Below, piece after piece: positions 23,370 through 36,349 of a DNA stretch of 64,000 nucleotides. The translations under genes were made by a program, and so were the position numbers. The DNA is from Mobula hypostoma (taxonomy: Eukaryota): contig NC_086097.1 of the NCBI RefSeq assembly GCF_963921235.1, positions 246,762,001 through 246,826,000 of the forward strand, in the 5' to 3' direction. Position 1 is the first letter of the stretch. The number at the start of each line of letters is the position of its first letter. The notes beneath the pieces are model-generated. The model ran no database searches. It was not told the origin of the DNA and worked only from the letters and a program-made list of their open reading frames with translations.

Positions 23370-25895
23370 TTTGAGAAAGGAGGAAGGCAAAAGAAAGGAA
23401 ATTATAGGCCAGTTAGTCAGCTGTTGGGAAAGTGTTGGAGTCCATTATTAAGGATGAGGTTTTGGGCTATTTGGAGGCTAATGATAAAATAAAATAAAAC
23501 AAAGTCAACGTTTCTTCATTGTCTCCCTTATCTCCCTCATTCATTAGCATCAATCGTCTGATAACTTGGTTTGTCGTCACAATATGAAGATAGGTGGAGA
23601 GGTAGGTTGTGCTGAGGAAGTAATGTGATTACAGTAGGACTTAGACAAATTGGAAGAATGGGCAAAAAAAGTGGCAGATGGAATACAGTGTTGGGAAATG
23701 TATGGTAATGCATTTTGGTAAAAGGAACAGAAGTGCGAACTATTATCTAAATGGGGAGAAAATTCAAACATCAGATGTGCAGAGGGACTTAGGAGTCCCC
23801 GTGCAAGACTCCCAGAAGATTAATTTACAGGATGAGTCTGTGGTAAAGAATGCAGGGCGATCTCATTGAAACCCACCAGATGTTGAAAGGACTATATAGG
23901 GTGGATGTAGAGAGGATGTTTCCTATGGTGGGGGTATCCAGAACTCAAAGGCACAGCCTTAAAATTGAGGGGCGACCCTTTAGAACAGAGGTAAGGAGTA
24001 TTTTTTTTTAGCCAGAGGGTCATGAATCTGTGGAATGCCCTGCCGCAGACTGTGGTGGAGGCCAAATATATTTAAGGCGGAAGTTGATCGTTTCCTGATC
24101 GGTCAGGGCATCAAAGGATATGGCAAAAAGGCAGGTGTATGGGGTTGAGTGGGATCCAGGATCAGCCATGATGGGATGGCAGAGCAGACTCGATGGGCTG
24201 AATGGCCTAATTCTGCTCCTATGCCTAATGGGGTTATGGATGGGAGAGTCTGTAGAGGGTTGTGGACCCACTCCATCATGGGCACAGTCCTCAAGAGGGT
24301 ATTCATTTTTTTTCTTCTTTTCTTCTGCTTCTCTCTTTCTCACACACACAATCTACATTAGGAGTGCACAGTAAGAGCTACTTTTTAATCAGAGCAGCAA
24401 TCAAGATTTCAAAAGAAGAGTTTTGTGAGTTACACTGAGTTGAGAAGCAGCCGATCAGCAAGAGGCATTGCGTAATAGTAAAACCCATTTCAAGTATGCA
24501 AAAAATAAAAGAGTGGATATAGGACTGCTAGAAAATGAGGCTGGAGAAATAATAACAGGGCACAAGAAGATGACACATGAACTAAATGAGTATTTTGCAC
24601 CAGAATTCACTGTGGAAGACACTAGAACTGTGCCAGGTGTTGAAGGTGTGAGGGAAGAGAAGAGGGTACAGTTACTGTTACAAGGGAGAAGGTGATCAAA
24701 AAGCTGAAAGTCCTAAAGGTACACAAGTCACTCAGACCAGAGGAACTGCACCCTAGGGCTCTGAAAGAGGTAGTGGTAGAGATTGTGGTGGCACTAGAAA
24801 TGATCTTCCAAAAATCATTGGACTCTGGCATGGTGCCAGAGGACTGGAAAATTGCAAATGTCACTCCACTCTTTAAGAAAGGAGGAAGGCAGCAGAAAGG
24901 AAATTATAGACCAGTTAGCCTGACCTCAGTGGTTGGGAAGACGTTAGAGTCAATTGTTAAAGATGAGGTGATGGAGTACTTGGTGATACAGGGCAAGATA
25001 GGACAAAGTCAGCATGGTTTCCGTCAGGGAGAATCCTGCCTGATGAACCTGTTGGAATTCTTTCTGGAGATTGCAAGTAGGATAGATAAAGGGGATGCAG
25101 TGGATGTTGTATATTTGGATTTTCAGAAGGCCTTTGACAAGGTGCCTCACATGAGGCTGCTTACCAAGTTAAGAGCCCATGGTTTTACAGGAAAGTTACT
25201 GGCATGGTTAGAGCATATAATAACTTGTAGGTTGAGTCAGTGGTGAGGAAGACAAATGCAATGTTAGCATTCATTTCAAGAGGTCTAGAATATAAGAGCA
25301 GGGATGTGATGCTGAGTCTTTATAAGGCACTGGTGAGGCCTCACCTTGAGTATTGTGAACAGTTTTGGGCTCCTTATCTATGAAAAGGTGTGCTGGCATT
25401 AGGGAGGGTTCAGAGGAGGATGATTCTGGGAATGAAATGGTCATATGGGGAACGTTTAATGGCTTGGGGCCTGTACATACTGAACTTAGAATAATGAGGG
25501 AGGATCTCATTGAAACCTTTCCTATTTTGAAAGGCCTGGACAGACTGGATGTGGAAAGGATGTTTCCCATGGTGGGGGAATCTAGAACAAGAGGGCATAG
25601 CCTCAGGATACAGGGGCGTCCATTTGAAACAGAAATGTGGAGAAATTTCTTTAGCCAGAAGGTGGTGAATTTGTGGAATTTGTTACCAGAGGCAGCTGGG
25701 TGAAGGCCAGGTCGTTGGGTGTATTTAAGGCAGAGCTTGATAGGTTCTTGATTGGACACGGCATCAAAGGTTACGGGGAGAATACTGGGGAGTGGGGCTG
25801 AAGAGTGGGGAAGAAAAAGGATCAGCCATGATAGAATGGTGGAGCAGACTCGAGAGGTCAAATGGCCTAATTATACTCCTATGTCTTATGGTCTT
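23370..25895 (+). mobile_element. Two tandem CR1 remnants (~23370-24240 and ~24500-25895)
   Basis: ORF 24692..25246 (PEDWKIANVTPLFKKG, YLDFQKAFDKVPH) and two CR1 3' UTRs. Confidence 0.9.
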
Positions 25896-26029
25896 TATAG
25901 TCTATCAAACAAATAACTGCTGGGACATGTTTCCTATTCTTCTGTTTCTTGAAGGGGAAGGGGGTTGAGCTAAGGGGGTGGGGTGGAGCTCCTTAGGGAG
26001 TACTTCACTAAATTAAATATTTGCTACAC

Positions 26030-26720
26030 TTTGTGAAGAAACAACTTTCTCAAAGAGCATGTCCTGTCAGGCTGCATCATTGTGTGGTACCGAACTGGGA
26101 TGAGGATCACTGGGATCTCCTTTCCCTCTATTTGTGAGATTTGTTGGGAGCATTGCAGATGAAGCATTGTTGAGGATCCCGACCACCCATCCCACAATCT
26201 CTCTGACCTACTACCCTCAGGAAGGAAGTACAGGAGCATCTGACGAGGACTGTCAGACTGGGTGACAGCTTCTTCCCTCTGGCTGTGAGATTAATGAATA
26301 CCCTGTCACCACCCAGGTCTCGTCACCAGGACAGTGAGCTGTTTATCATTTACCTCTGTTACGCATGACAGGCACTTTGAATTATATTTTGTTAACTTAT
26401 TTGTGGTAATAACCTCCCCCTGGGTTCCCTCTTTCCTGTTCTCCTATTGGCCTCTTTCCTATCCTATAAGAATACTTCCTCTCCAGCCCTTTACCTTTCC
26501 CACCCACCCACCTGGCTTGACATATCACCTTTGAGCTAGCCTCCTTCCCCCCCCCCGCCCTTTTATTCTGGCACCTTCCCTCTTCCTTTCCAGTCCTGAT
26601 GAAGGGTCTCGGCCCAAAATGTCGTTTATTCCTCTCCACAGATGAAGCCTAACCTGAGTTCCTTCAGCATTTTGTGTGTGTTGCTCCCAATTCCCAGCAT
26701 CTGCAGAATTGCTCATGTTT
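26030..26720 (+). mobile_element. Rex1 3' fragment followed by a PLE terminus with a decayed hammerhead (26591-26624)
   Basis: DPDHPSH..LLPSGRKYRS motif, then CAGTCCTGATGAAGGGTCTCGGCCCAAAATGTCG (G12 lost). Confidence 0.75.
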
Positions 26721-27429
26721 AATATTTGTTTTATGTTTTGTGTATGCGATATATATTGTGTGGGTGCACCATGGTCCACAGGAACATTGTTTCGTTTGGT
26801 TGTATATATGTACAGTCAGATGATAATAAACTTGAAATATCATATACATTCAAGTCATTCAATTATAGTAAAGAAAGATGTTATTTACTCCTTTATGCTT
26901 GCTTCACAACTTCTTAAGTAGAGCTATTTATTTTAATCCCACTCTCATCTTTAACTATCAAATAAGGGTGTAATTACATATCATTCAAAATGCTGAATGA
27001 ACTGACGACTCAGTTCACTTCGCGCTCTTGCGTGGGTTAGAATAGAATGCTATGATTTTTAAGTCACTCTCCAGAGGCTTCACCTTGAGATTATTAAGAA
27101 TGAGGGAGCTTGGGAGAGCAGCATTTCATGTAAGACCATTACACCACCTGCTGAAAGATCAGAGTTCGATTCCCGCCACTGTCTGTAAGGAGTTTGTACA
27201 TTTGCCCTGTGACTGCATGGGTTTTTTTTTCCAGGTACTCCAATTTCCTCCCGTATGGGTTAGGGTTAATAAGTTGTGGGCACGCCATGTTGATACGGGA
27301 AATGGAACGACAGTTGTGGGCTGCCCAGAAAATCGTCACTGGTTTGATTTGACACAATGACGCATTTCGCTGTGTGTTTCGATGTACATGTGACAAATAA
27401 AACTAATCTATAAAATCCTTCCCTGAAGA

Positions 27430-28320
27430 TCGTCATCTTGCCGTGGTGGAGAGGTCTGTGCGTTTCTGAGAGATGCTGTCTGGAGCTTAGCTTCTGGTAG
27501 GGTCACCCCTGGTGGTAAGGTCAAAGGGAAGGTTCCATACAAAGACCAATCCAAACAAGACCTCAGTGGTGGGGCTGCCAGACGATGAAGACATCACAAC
27601 GGCAGTGACGGCGAGAAGGAAGGTGGCAGCAGTGAAGGGTCATAACAGTCATACTCATACTTTATTGATCCCGAGGGAAATTGGTTTTCGTTACGGTTGC
27701 CCCAACCAAGAATAGAGTATAAATAAAGCAATATAAAACCATAAATAATTAAATCGTAATATGTAAATGCCAGGAAATAAGTCCAGGACCAGCCTATTGG
27801 CTCAGGGTGTCTGACCCTCCAAGGGAGGAGTTGTAAAGTTTGATGGCCACAGGCAGGAATGACTTCCTATGACGCTCTGTGCTGCATCTCGGTGGAATGA
27901 GTCTCTGGCTGAATGTACTCCTGTGCCCACCCAGTACATTATGTAGTGGATGGGAGACATTGACCGAGATGGCATGCAACTTGGACAGCATCCTCTTTTC
28001 AGACACCACCGTGAGAGAGTCCAGTTCCTTCCCCACAACATCACTGGCAACTCAAATGAGTTTGTTGATTCTGTTGGTGTCTGCCACCCTCAGCCTGCTG
28101 CCCCAGCACACAACAGCAAACATAATAGCACAGATCAGCAGTTATCTGGCATTCCATGTCACTGGACCCTGACCCCGATCTGTCACGGGCCGTGTGGTGG
28201 CTGCCCGTGCTTCACATTGAAATAGTCACACACAGGCATACTCCATTAAGGGAATCCACCTGAACATCCCAGATTAAGTATGCGGATTCCAGATTGGCCT
28301 CTACATCCACCGAGGACACA
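27430..28320 (+). mobile_element. RTE (Expander/Rex3-like) 5' UTR fragment interrupted by Rex1 (-, ~27637-28130)
   Basis: CTTGCCGTGGTGGAGAGG...GGTAGGGTCACCC...CAAAG resembles RTE 5' ends. The nested Rex1 ORF is 27794..28036. Confidence 0.55.
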
Positions 28321-28324
28321 TCAA

Positions 28325-28880
28325 TAGTAACTTTGTTACTATAGAGAGCCTCCTGACATATTGCTGTGCAGTGTGGTTTGCCAGCTGCACAGAACAGAAC
28401 AGGAAGGACTTGCAGCGGGTGGTGAGGGTAGCAGAGCGGGTTATTGGCACAACATTACCCTCCCTCAGAGACATTTATACTGGCAGACTTCAAAAAATGG
28501 CTACTTGTATTTCAATGGATCCCACTCATCCTGGACATCACCTGTTTTCCCCTCTACCTTCTGGGAAGAGATGCAGAGCATTAAGGACGAAAACAAAGAG
28601 ACTCCTTAACAGCTTCTACCCACAAACAGTGAAATGTATAACAACCCCTTCCCTTCTCCTGCCCCCGTCCTAAGACGGCGGCAGCTAAATGCATCACACT
28701 TCCAGGAAGGACAGGTGTGCAATAGTCCTACCCCCCCATCCATATATTATTAATTTTGGACTGCATTCCTGAGGTTTTAGAGTTTATTTTATGTATATAT
28801 TCTTTGTCATGCCGCAAAACGTTGAGCTGCTAAACTGTGATTCATTGCTCCACAACAATGACAATAAAGATATTCTATTC
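28325..28880 (+). mobile_element. Rex1/Babar 3' fragment
   Basis: ORF 28371..28673 (LQRVVRVAERVIG, DPTHPGHHLFSPLPSGKR). Tail ACAATAAAGATATTCTATTC. Confidence 0.88.
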
Positions 28881-28889
28881 CAATTTAAT

Positions 28890-31800
28890 ACTTGGTTTGT
28901 TTCTTTTTTTTTAATTAGCTAATTGGTAGCTTTTTCCTACTAATAGGGCTTTTTATATTTTTTTCTGTTTTATTATAACATTTTATAATTGAATTTAAAG
29001 CTTTTTTAGGGAATTAATATTAAACTTGAAGATGGCGCTGGTTTTTCTCGCTAAGAGACAATATTATTTTGGTTCTTTCTTGTTTATTAGTCGATGGAAT
29101 GTAAATACCTTTTTTTGCTGAGACTTTATTGTTTTTTTTCACAAGGTCACTCTACTTTTTTACTAACTGGGGGGAGGGAAGGAAAACACAGACAGAGCAG
29201 ACAGCAGCTTTGAATTCTATCGTAGATCGCTTGCCTTTTTCGTGTTACCGGGTGTGGGTGGGTGGGTTTAGAGTTAGGAGTTTTTTTCCCATTGGGTGGT
29301 TCTGGAGCGTGCATGTTTTTTATTTGGTTGTATTCTTCATCACCGCCATTTTTGATCATCCTGTATTGGTATGTGCTCTGCGCATGTATAAAGTAGAATA
29401 AAATTATAGTCTGGTATTTAAATGGATTAATATAATAAGTTGGAATGTACGTGGTTGGAATCATCCTATTAAACGAAAAAAGACTTTTAAAATTATTAAC
29501 CGATTCCAACCTGATATAATTTTTGCTCAAGAGACACATATCAGGGCGGGAGATCAAAATAGATTTTTTAGATGGTGGAATGGTTTTCAATTCCACTCTA
29601 CTTCTCAGAGTAAAACAAAAGGCGTGTCTATTTTTATTAAACCTAATATATTTATTCAAGAGGATATTGAATCAGATTCTAATGGTAGATTTTTAATTGT
29701 TAAAGGAACAATCATAGAACATAGAACATAGAATAGTACAGCACAGTACAGGCCCTTTGGCCCACAATGTTGTGCCGACCCTCAAACCCTGCCTCCCATA
29801 TAAGCCCCCACCTTAAATTCCTCCATACACCTGTCTAGTAGTCTCTTAAACTTCACTAGTGTATCTGCCTCCACCACTGACTCAGGCAATGCATTCCACG
29901 CACCAACCACTCTCTGAGTAAAAAACTTTCCTCTAATATCCCCCTTGAACTTCCCACCCCTTACCTTAAAGCCATGTCCTCTTGTATTGAGCAGTGGTGC
30001 CCTGGGGAAGAGGCGATGGCTATCCACTCTAGCTATTCCTCTTATTATCTTGTACACCTCTATCATGTCTCCTCTCATCCTCCTTCTCTCCAAAGAGTAA
30101 AGCCCTAGCTCCTTGTAACAGAAAAGTTGTTTTGGTTAATTTGTATGGTCCTAACTTAGATGATCCTTCTTTTTTTAAAAAGGTACTTGCTTTACTGCCT
30201 GATTTAAATTAATACATGCTGATAATGGGTGGGGATTTTAATTGCTGCCTAAATCCTATGATTGATAAGAGCTCAACCAATCAGCGACTTCCAAATCGAT
30301 CCGCATCATTTATTAATTCCTTTTTGATTGATTTTGGGTTGATTGATTTGTGGAGGTATCTCCATCCCGATAATAGAGAATATTCTTTCTTCTCACATGT
30401 TTATAAAAAATATTCAAGGACCGATTATATTATAATCGATCCCCACTTCTTGCCTAGTGTTAAAACTTGCGAAGATAACGCTATTGATATATCTGATCAT
30501 GCGCCTCTGAGTTTGTCTTTTGAATTTGACGATATCATTCTTGCCCACCCACCTTGGCGCATGTCTCAGACGTTATTGCAAAATTCTGACTTTGTCAGTT
30601 TCATTGAAACCCAGATAAAAGAATTTTTTTCTTTTTAATGATTTAGGAGGTATGTCTAAATTAGTTATATGGGATACATTTAAAGCATTTTTACATGGTC
30701 AGATTATTTCTTATTCAGCTAAACTTAAAAAACAAACTAAAGCAGAATTAGATAGAATTTCAAAACAAATTAAAGATTTATATAATATCCATGCAATTTC
30801 CCGCAGTACTGATTTCTTTAAACAGAGGGTGGAACCTCAATCACAATATAACTTGTTATTAACTCATCCCATTGAAGGCTATTTGCTTAAGTTAAAGAGC
30901 CAATTTTATATGTTTGGAGATAAAAATAATAAACTGCTTGCATCTCAATTAAAAATGGCTGCAGCCAAAAGGCAAATCATGAAAGTTCGTAGGAAAGATG
31001 ATACCTTGGCTCAGGAATACGAAGAAATTAATAAGATTTTTCAAGATTTTTATGCTGAGCTTTATAAATCTTAATGTCCGTTAGATTCCTCTGAAATGAA
31101 TGCTTTTTTTTAACGAAAGATTGTTTTTCCTAAAATCTCGGCTGAGGATCAAAAAACTCTCGATGCTCAAATTACTGAAGCCGAAATTCATAAAGCCATT
31201 TTTTCAATGCAATCTGTTAAGTCCCCAGGACTTGATGGTTATCCTGTAGAATTTTATAAAAAATTTGGAAAGTTGCTTTCTCTGTATATGTTGGAAATGT
31301 TTAAGGATTCTTTTGTGAAAGGCGACTTACCCTCTACTTTTTATGAAGCTTTATTTCTTTATTTCTTAAAAAAGATAAAGATCCCACTGACTGTGCTTCA
31401 TATAGACCTATTTCATTACTGAATGTTGATGCTAAGATTTTGTCAAAGATAATGGCCAATCGCTTGGAGAATATTTTGGGTAAAATTATTTTTAAAGATC
31501 AAACAGGCTTTATAAAGGATCGCTATTCTTTTTCAAATGTTTGGAGACTATTTAACATTATATATTCGTCCTCTTTTAAAACTCCACAATGTGTTGTATC
31601 TTTGGATGCTGAAAAAGCGTTCGACCGAGTCGAATGGAAATATTTATTTAATGTTTTAGAGAAATTTGGCTTTGGTGCTAATTTTAATAATTGGATTAAA
31701 ATGATATATAAAGCCCCTATTGCTACTGTTGTCACTAACAATTGTAGGTCTCCTTTTTTTCAGCTTTCACCCGGGACAGGGCAAGGCTGTCCATCAAGTC

Positions 31801-33870
31801 CTTTGTTACTTAATATTAGAACCCCTTGCTATTGCTCTTCGTGAGGCTAAAAATATCCATGGGAATTTTGTGAATGAGACCATGCATAAGGTCTCTCTTT
31901 ACGCTGATGATTTATTTGTTTATCGATCTAATCCTGACAAATCTATTCCTGCCTTGCTAAAATTATTTAATGAATTTGGAGATTTTTCAGGATATAAAAT
32001 AAATGTTAGTAAAAGGGAATTGTTTCCTTTAAATGATTCTGTCTCTATATATGATAATACTCCTTTTAAAGTTACAGACTCTTTTAGATATCTAGGTATT
32101 ATAATTACTAAAAAATATAAAGATCTTTATAAAGCCAACTTTGTTCCTTTAGTAGACTCTATGAAGTATTTATTTAGTAGATGGAGTCCACTTACATTTT
32201 CACTTGCTGGTCGTATTCATATAGTTAAAATGATGATTTTACCAAAATTTTTATATTTTTTTCAGAATATTCCTGTTTTTTTTAACTGGGAAGTTTTTTG
32301 ATCAGATTGATTCTATTATTTTATCTTTTATTTGGAATAATAAAAGACCAAGAATTAGTAAATGTCATTTACAAAAATTGAAAAAGGATGGAGGTCTTGT
32401 TTTGCCTAATCTAAAAATGTATTATTGGGCTGTTAATGTGCGATATGTCTTTTTGGTTATACTGGGTTGATAAGAGTGATCGGCCAATTTGGGTAGACCT
32501 GGAACTGAAAGTTGTAAAACAGTTTTATTTAACCTCGTTATTGGGAGCTCCTTTACCTATGCAATTAGTTAAAGTTGTTAATTTAAACCTATATCCTGTG
32601 ATTAAGTACTCTTTACAAATTTGGCTCCAATTCTGCAATTTTTTTAATCTTAAAAAATTTAAATTTTGTAGTTTAATTTACCGAAATTACTTTTTTAAGC
32701 CTTCTTTGAGTGATCCAATTTTTTTACTTTGGAAAAATAAAGGTATTAATTCTTTTTTGGATTTATTTAAAGAAGATAGATTGATGTCTTTTGAACAATT
32801 GATAAATATTCTCTTTCATACTCACACTTTCTGCAATACCTTCAAGTTAGACATTTTTTACAAAAATATTTAAGTAATTTTGCTTACATATTGGAGGCTG
32901 ACCTGTTAGATATTATTATGAGTATGAATCCTTTGATTAAGGGTTCTATTGGAAGAATTTATAATTTATTATTACAATAGGATAAGCGTTCTTTATCTAA
33001 GATTAAACAGGATTGGGAAAAGGAACTTAATTTGACTTTTATGATGGAGGATTGGATGCGGATATTGAAGTTGGTTAACTCTTCCTCAATTTGTGCTAGC
33101 CATTCATTGATTCAATTTAAAATTGTACATCGTTATCATTTGACCAAGGAGAGACTTTCTAAAATCTTTTCTAATGTTGATAGTCATTGTGATAGATGTA
33201 AAACTGAGATAGCTACACTGACACATATGTTTTGGTCTTGTTCTATATTGGAACAGTTCTGGAAGTCGGTTTTTTCAACAATTTCTAAAGGACTTAAAAT
33301 TAATTTACAACCTAATAAATTAACTGTGCTTTTTGGAATAATTCCTCAAAATATTCATGGTATTCCTGTGTCTGACCAACGTGTTATTGCATTTGTTACA
33401 TTGATAGCTAGGAGGGCCATTTTGTTGAAGTGGAAGGATACATCAGCTCCCACTTTGTCACAACGGTTCTCTCAAGTGATGCTGTGTCTTAGTTTGGAGA
33501 AAATTAGAAGTCGAACCTCTGAACCTTTATTTGATTTTGAGAAAAGATGGGGCTCATTTGCTCGTTATTATCATTTGAGTTAATTGATATAATTTTTCCA
33601 CGATCTAATTGTAAAGTTTTTTAGTATATTTTCTTTTCTTGCTGGAGGTTTGATGTTTATTTTTAGAAGCTTTTTGTATGACGCATGACTCCGGGGTTGT
33701 ACACCTAATGGGTTCTTTTTTTTTTCTCACTTTTTCTGCTCAGTAGGTTTTTTTTTGTTATCACAAAATTTTTTTTCAATCTTTAAGATAATTTTTTTTG
33801 AGGCATTGTAAGCGTTGTCACTTCAATGTACTCATGTTATTTTTCCTGTATAACAATAAAAATATTTGAA
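28890..33870 (+). mobile_element. L1-clade LINE: AT-rich inter-ORF region, complete but frameshifted ORF2 (APE, RT, Cys/His C-terminus) and 3' UTR
   Basis: INIISWNVRG (~29425), LIMGGDFN, ISDHAPL, KSPGLDG, SLDAEKAFDRVEW, SLYADD, CDRC..HMFWSC, stop at 33583. AATAAA at ~33855. Confidence 0.93.
29713..30112 (-). mobile_element. CR1 3' fragment inserted in the L1 endonuclease domain
   Basis: ORF 29782..30093 and (CATAGAA)n tail. The L1 frame LIVKGTI|CNRKVVLVNLYGPN rejoins across it. Confidence 0.93.
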
Positions 33871-33879
33871 GAGAAACTT

Positions 33880-36325
33880 GTCGGTCTATGGCCTCCTCTA
33901 CTGCCACGATGAAGGCAGTCTCAGGTTGGAGGAGCAACACCCCATGTTATGTCTAGGTAGCTTCCATTCTGATGGCATGAACATCGATTTTTCCAGTAAT
34001 TTTTCCCCTTCCCTCTTCTTCCATTCTCCAACTCTAATTCATCTCTTATCTCTTCTCAGCTGCCTACCACCTCCTCTGGTGTTTCTCCCATGGTTCAGTC
34101 TCCTCTCCCATCAGATTCCTTCTTCTTCAGCCCTTTAAGTTTTCCACCTGTTACCTCCCAGCTTTTCCCTTCATTTACCCTCCCCAACTACCCATCTTCC
34201 CTCCTCACCGGATCTCACCTATCTCCTTCCAGCTTGTACTCCTTCCCCTTCTTCCAACTTTCTGGCTTCTCCCTCCTTGCTTTCCAGTGCTGATGAGAGG
34301 CCTTGGCCTGAAACATCAATTGATATCACTGAAATTTGTTGTGTCTACCTGACTTCCCCACATCCCAGCATTGAACCTGTTCCCACAACCTACGGACCCA
34401 CTTTCGAGGACTCCTCATCTCATGTTCTCAATATTTATTGCTTATTTATTTTGAATATTTTACTTTTTGTATTCACACTGGTTGTCCGTCCTAAACACAA
34501 AAGGCTCTGCAGAATCTGGAAATGCAGAGCAACACACACACACAGAATGGTGGAGGAACTCAGCAGGTCAGGCAGCATCTACGGATGGATATAAACTGTC
34601 GCTGTTTCTGGTCAAGACCCTTCATCAGGATTGGAAAGGAAGGGGGAAGATGCCAGAACAAGAAGATAGGGGGAGGGAAGGAGATCAAGCTAGAAGGTGA
34701 TAGATGAATCCAGATGGGTGGGGTAGGAAGGATGAAGTAAGAAGCAGGGATGTAATGGGTGGAAAAGGTAAAGGAATGGAGAAGAAGGGATCCTCCCTAG
34801 TAGAACAGGCCATGCTCCAAACTCTTCCTCTGCTACAGATGGCTGCATTGGTGCTGAGCTGGTCAGTTTCATCAACTTTGCCTCCAAAATCCACCTTGCC
34901 CTTAAATTCACTTGGTCTAGTTCTGAAACCTCTCTCCCCTTTCGCGATCTCACTGCCTCCATCTCAGGAGACAAACTGTCGACTGACATCTTTCATAAAC
35001 CTAACTATTCCCATGGTTACCTTGACTCTACCTCATCCCACCCTATCTCCTCTGAAAATGCCATTGCCTTTTCTTAGTTCCTTCGTGTCTACCATTTCTG
35101 TCTCCAAGATGAGGCTTTGCTTTCCAGGACATCAGAGACATCCTCCTTCTTCAAAGTACGCGTTTTGCCTTCCTCCACCATTGATGCTGCCCTTACCCGC
35201 ACCTCCTCCATTTCCTAGACATCTGCCCTCATTTTATCTTCCAACCGCCTTAACAGTGATAGAGTTCCTCTTGTCTTCACCTACCACCTCATAAGCCTCC
35301 GCATCTAACATACCATTCTCCAAAAATGCCGCTTTCTTCAACAAAATCTCATCACCAACACATCTTTACTCCACAACCCTCCCCCTCACCATCTCTCTGC
35401 TTTCTGCAGGGATCACTCCCTCCACAATTCCCTTGTCCATTTTGACCCTCAACATTAATCTTCTTCCTGGCACGTGTTCCTGCAAGCGGCAGAAATACTA
35501 CATCTGCACATTCACCTCCTCTCTCATCACCATTCAGGACCCCAAACGGTCCTTCCGGGTGAGGCAACACTTCACCTGTGAATCTGTTGGGATTGTCTAC
35601 TGTATCCAGTGCTCTTGATGCAGCCTCCTCTACTTTGGTGGGACCAAACATAGATTGGGGGACCATTTTGTAGAGCACCTCCAGTCTATCCACAACAAGT
35701 GAATTTCCTGGTGGCCAACAATTTTAATTCCTATCCCCATTACCATTAGGAGATGCCTATTGCCTCCTGCCACTCTCGTATTGTCTAGGTAGCCTCCAAC
35801 CTGATGGCGTGAACATTGATTTCTCCAACTTATGGTAATTTTTTATCCTCCCACTTCCCTCTTCTTCACCACTCTGGCCTCTGACCTCTTCTCCTCCCCT
35901 GACGATCACCTCTCCCTGGAGCCCTCCTCTCCTATCAATTCCCTTCTCCAGCCCTTTGCCTTGTTCCACCTATCATTTCTCAGTGTACGACTTAATTCCC
36001 CCTCCCCCAGCCACTTGGCCTCACCTATCACCTTCCAGCTTGCCCTCCTTCCCTTCCCCACCTTTTTATTCTAACATCTTCCCCCTTCCTTTCCAGTCCT
36101 GAAGAAGGTTCTCGTCCCAGAGGCCAACTGTTTATCAGCTTCCATAGAAGCTGCCTGACCTGCAGAGTTTCTCGGGCTGTTTGTTTGTCTGTTTTGTGTG
36201 CTGCTTTTCATTCATTATATTGTATTTCTTTGTGTTTACTGTGAATGCCATATAGAAATTAATCTCAGCATTGTTTACTTTGAACTTTGACCTGCTGAGA
36301 TCCCCCAGCATTTTTATGTGTTACC
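33880..36325. mobile_element. Cluster of Penelope-like fragments, including an inverted pair (minus ~34490-34800; plus RT-linker-GIY-YIG ~34835-36180)
   Basis: FTCESVGIVYCIQCS with an upstream Cys linker (Neptune-like). Hammerhead remnants at 34285-34322 (+), 34596-34633 (-) and ~36094-36130 (+). Confidence 0.8.
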
Positions 36326-36349
36326 TTGCAAAGTTGTGTGATTTAGTGT

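Noticed and set aside
27060..27090. Minus-strand VKPLE resembling SUGCT exon 2 (KPLEG)
   Set aside because: It continues SDLKI rather than GVxxLDLTR, and lies upstream of the candidate exon 1.
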